From the sequence record SRR20825006_2411: a stretch of DNA of 34,488 nucleotides. One strand, 5' to 3'. Position numbers and translations under genes: made by a program. Position 1 is the stretch's first letter, and each line of letters begins with the position of its first letter. Below are positions 33,861-34,488 of the stretch, in pieces. Below the pieces are notes generated by a model. It saw only the letters and a program-made list of their open reading frames with translations, ran no database searches and had not been told where the DNA came from.

Positions 33861-34488
33861 ATGTCGAGCGAAGCCCCCGATCAGGACTCCAAAACAGAAG
33901 ACCCCTCCCAGAAAAAGCTCGAGGACGCCCACAAGAAGGGTGATGTGGCCAAGAGCCAGGAGGTGACAACCTGGTTCATGCTGATGGGGTCGGGCATTGT
34001 CTTTGCCATGCTGGCGCCGTGGATCAGTAGCGAGCTGAGCCAGTCGCTGAGCCTGATCTTCATGAATGCCGATCAGTTCGACCTGGACGGCGCCGGCTTT
34101 GCCGATTTCTTCAACGGGTTGGCCCTGGCGATGATCGGCGTGGTGCTGATTCCGCTGGCCGTGCTGATGGTCTGCGGCATTCTCGCCAATCTGGTGCAGC
34201 ACCGGCTGGTCTGGTCGCTCGATCCAATCAAGCCCAAGCTCTCCAAGATTTCACCGATTGGCGGCGCCAAGCGGCTGTTCTCGCCCGATGCGCTGGTCAA
34301 TTTCGGCAAGGGGTTGGTCAAGATCATCCTCGTTGGCGTGATCGTGGTGGTGGTCTGCTGGCCCGAGCGCGACCGGCTCGACACCATGATGACCGCCGAT
34401 CCGATCATGATCCTGCTCGATTTCCAGGAAATCGGGATCAAGATTTTCGTGGCCGTCCTGGCGGTCATTACCGCGATTGCGGCGGCCG
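33861..34488 (+). CDS. flhB: Export switch protein FlhB (3' partial)
   Basis: Read directly from sequence, absent from the ORF track: MSSEAPDQDSKTEDPSQKKLEDAHKKGDVAKSQEV...PKLSKISPIGGAKRLFS; open to the window end. Confidence 0.95.
   Translation, partial: MSSEAPDQDSKTEDPSQKKLEDAHKKGDVAKSQEVTTWFMLMGSGIVFAMLAPWISSELSQSLSLIFMNADQFDLDGAGFADFFNGLALAMIGVVLIPLAVLMVCGILANLVQHRLVWSLDPIKPKLSKISPIGGAKRLFSPDALVNFGKGLVKIILVGVIVVVVCWPERDRLDTMMTADPIMILLDFQEIGIKIFVAVLAVITAIAAA

Overview
GC-rich alphaproteobacterial DNA. Gene order and protein style suggest Hyphomicrobiales, possibly Devosia-like; this taxonomic call is inference only. Most of the window is a polar-flagellum supercluster: partial flgE, flgK, flgL; flaF, flbT and two tandem flagellins; hypothetical, flgN-like, flgJ and flgI divergent from fliX and dksA; flgFGAH divergent from fliL, fliM, pflI-like, motE and a large TPR gene; fliP and fliO divergent from flgBC, fliE, fliQR and partial flhB. 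The intergenic DNA shows Caulobacter-type regulatory logic: CtrA boxes, sigma54 promoters, FlbD ftr-like palindromes and an IHF site. A ~6 kb non-flagellar block interrupts the cluster between dksA and flgH. It carries a compact curli-type amyloid cassette (curlin, csgH, second curlin; no csgG/E/F/D in the window). The two curlin genes share an identically spaced ~53-bp promoter motif of 11-bp-phased GAAC/GTTCA boxes. The block also holds YciI, DUF4168-like, VOC, AraC, M32 carboxypeptidase and glycine-zipper genes, plus a candidate multi-hairpin sRNA with UCCC motifs. A putative Cys-His-Asp papain/transglutaminase-like ORF follows fliP directly. All family calls come from motif recognition; no database search was run.
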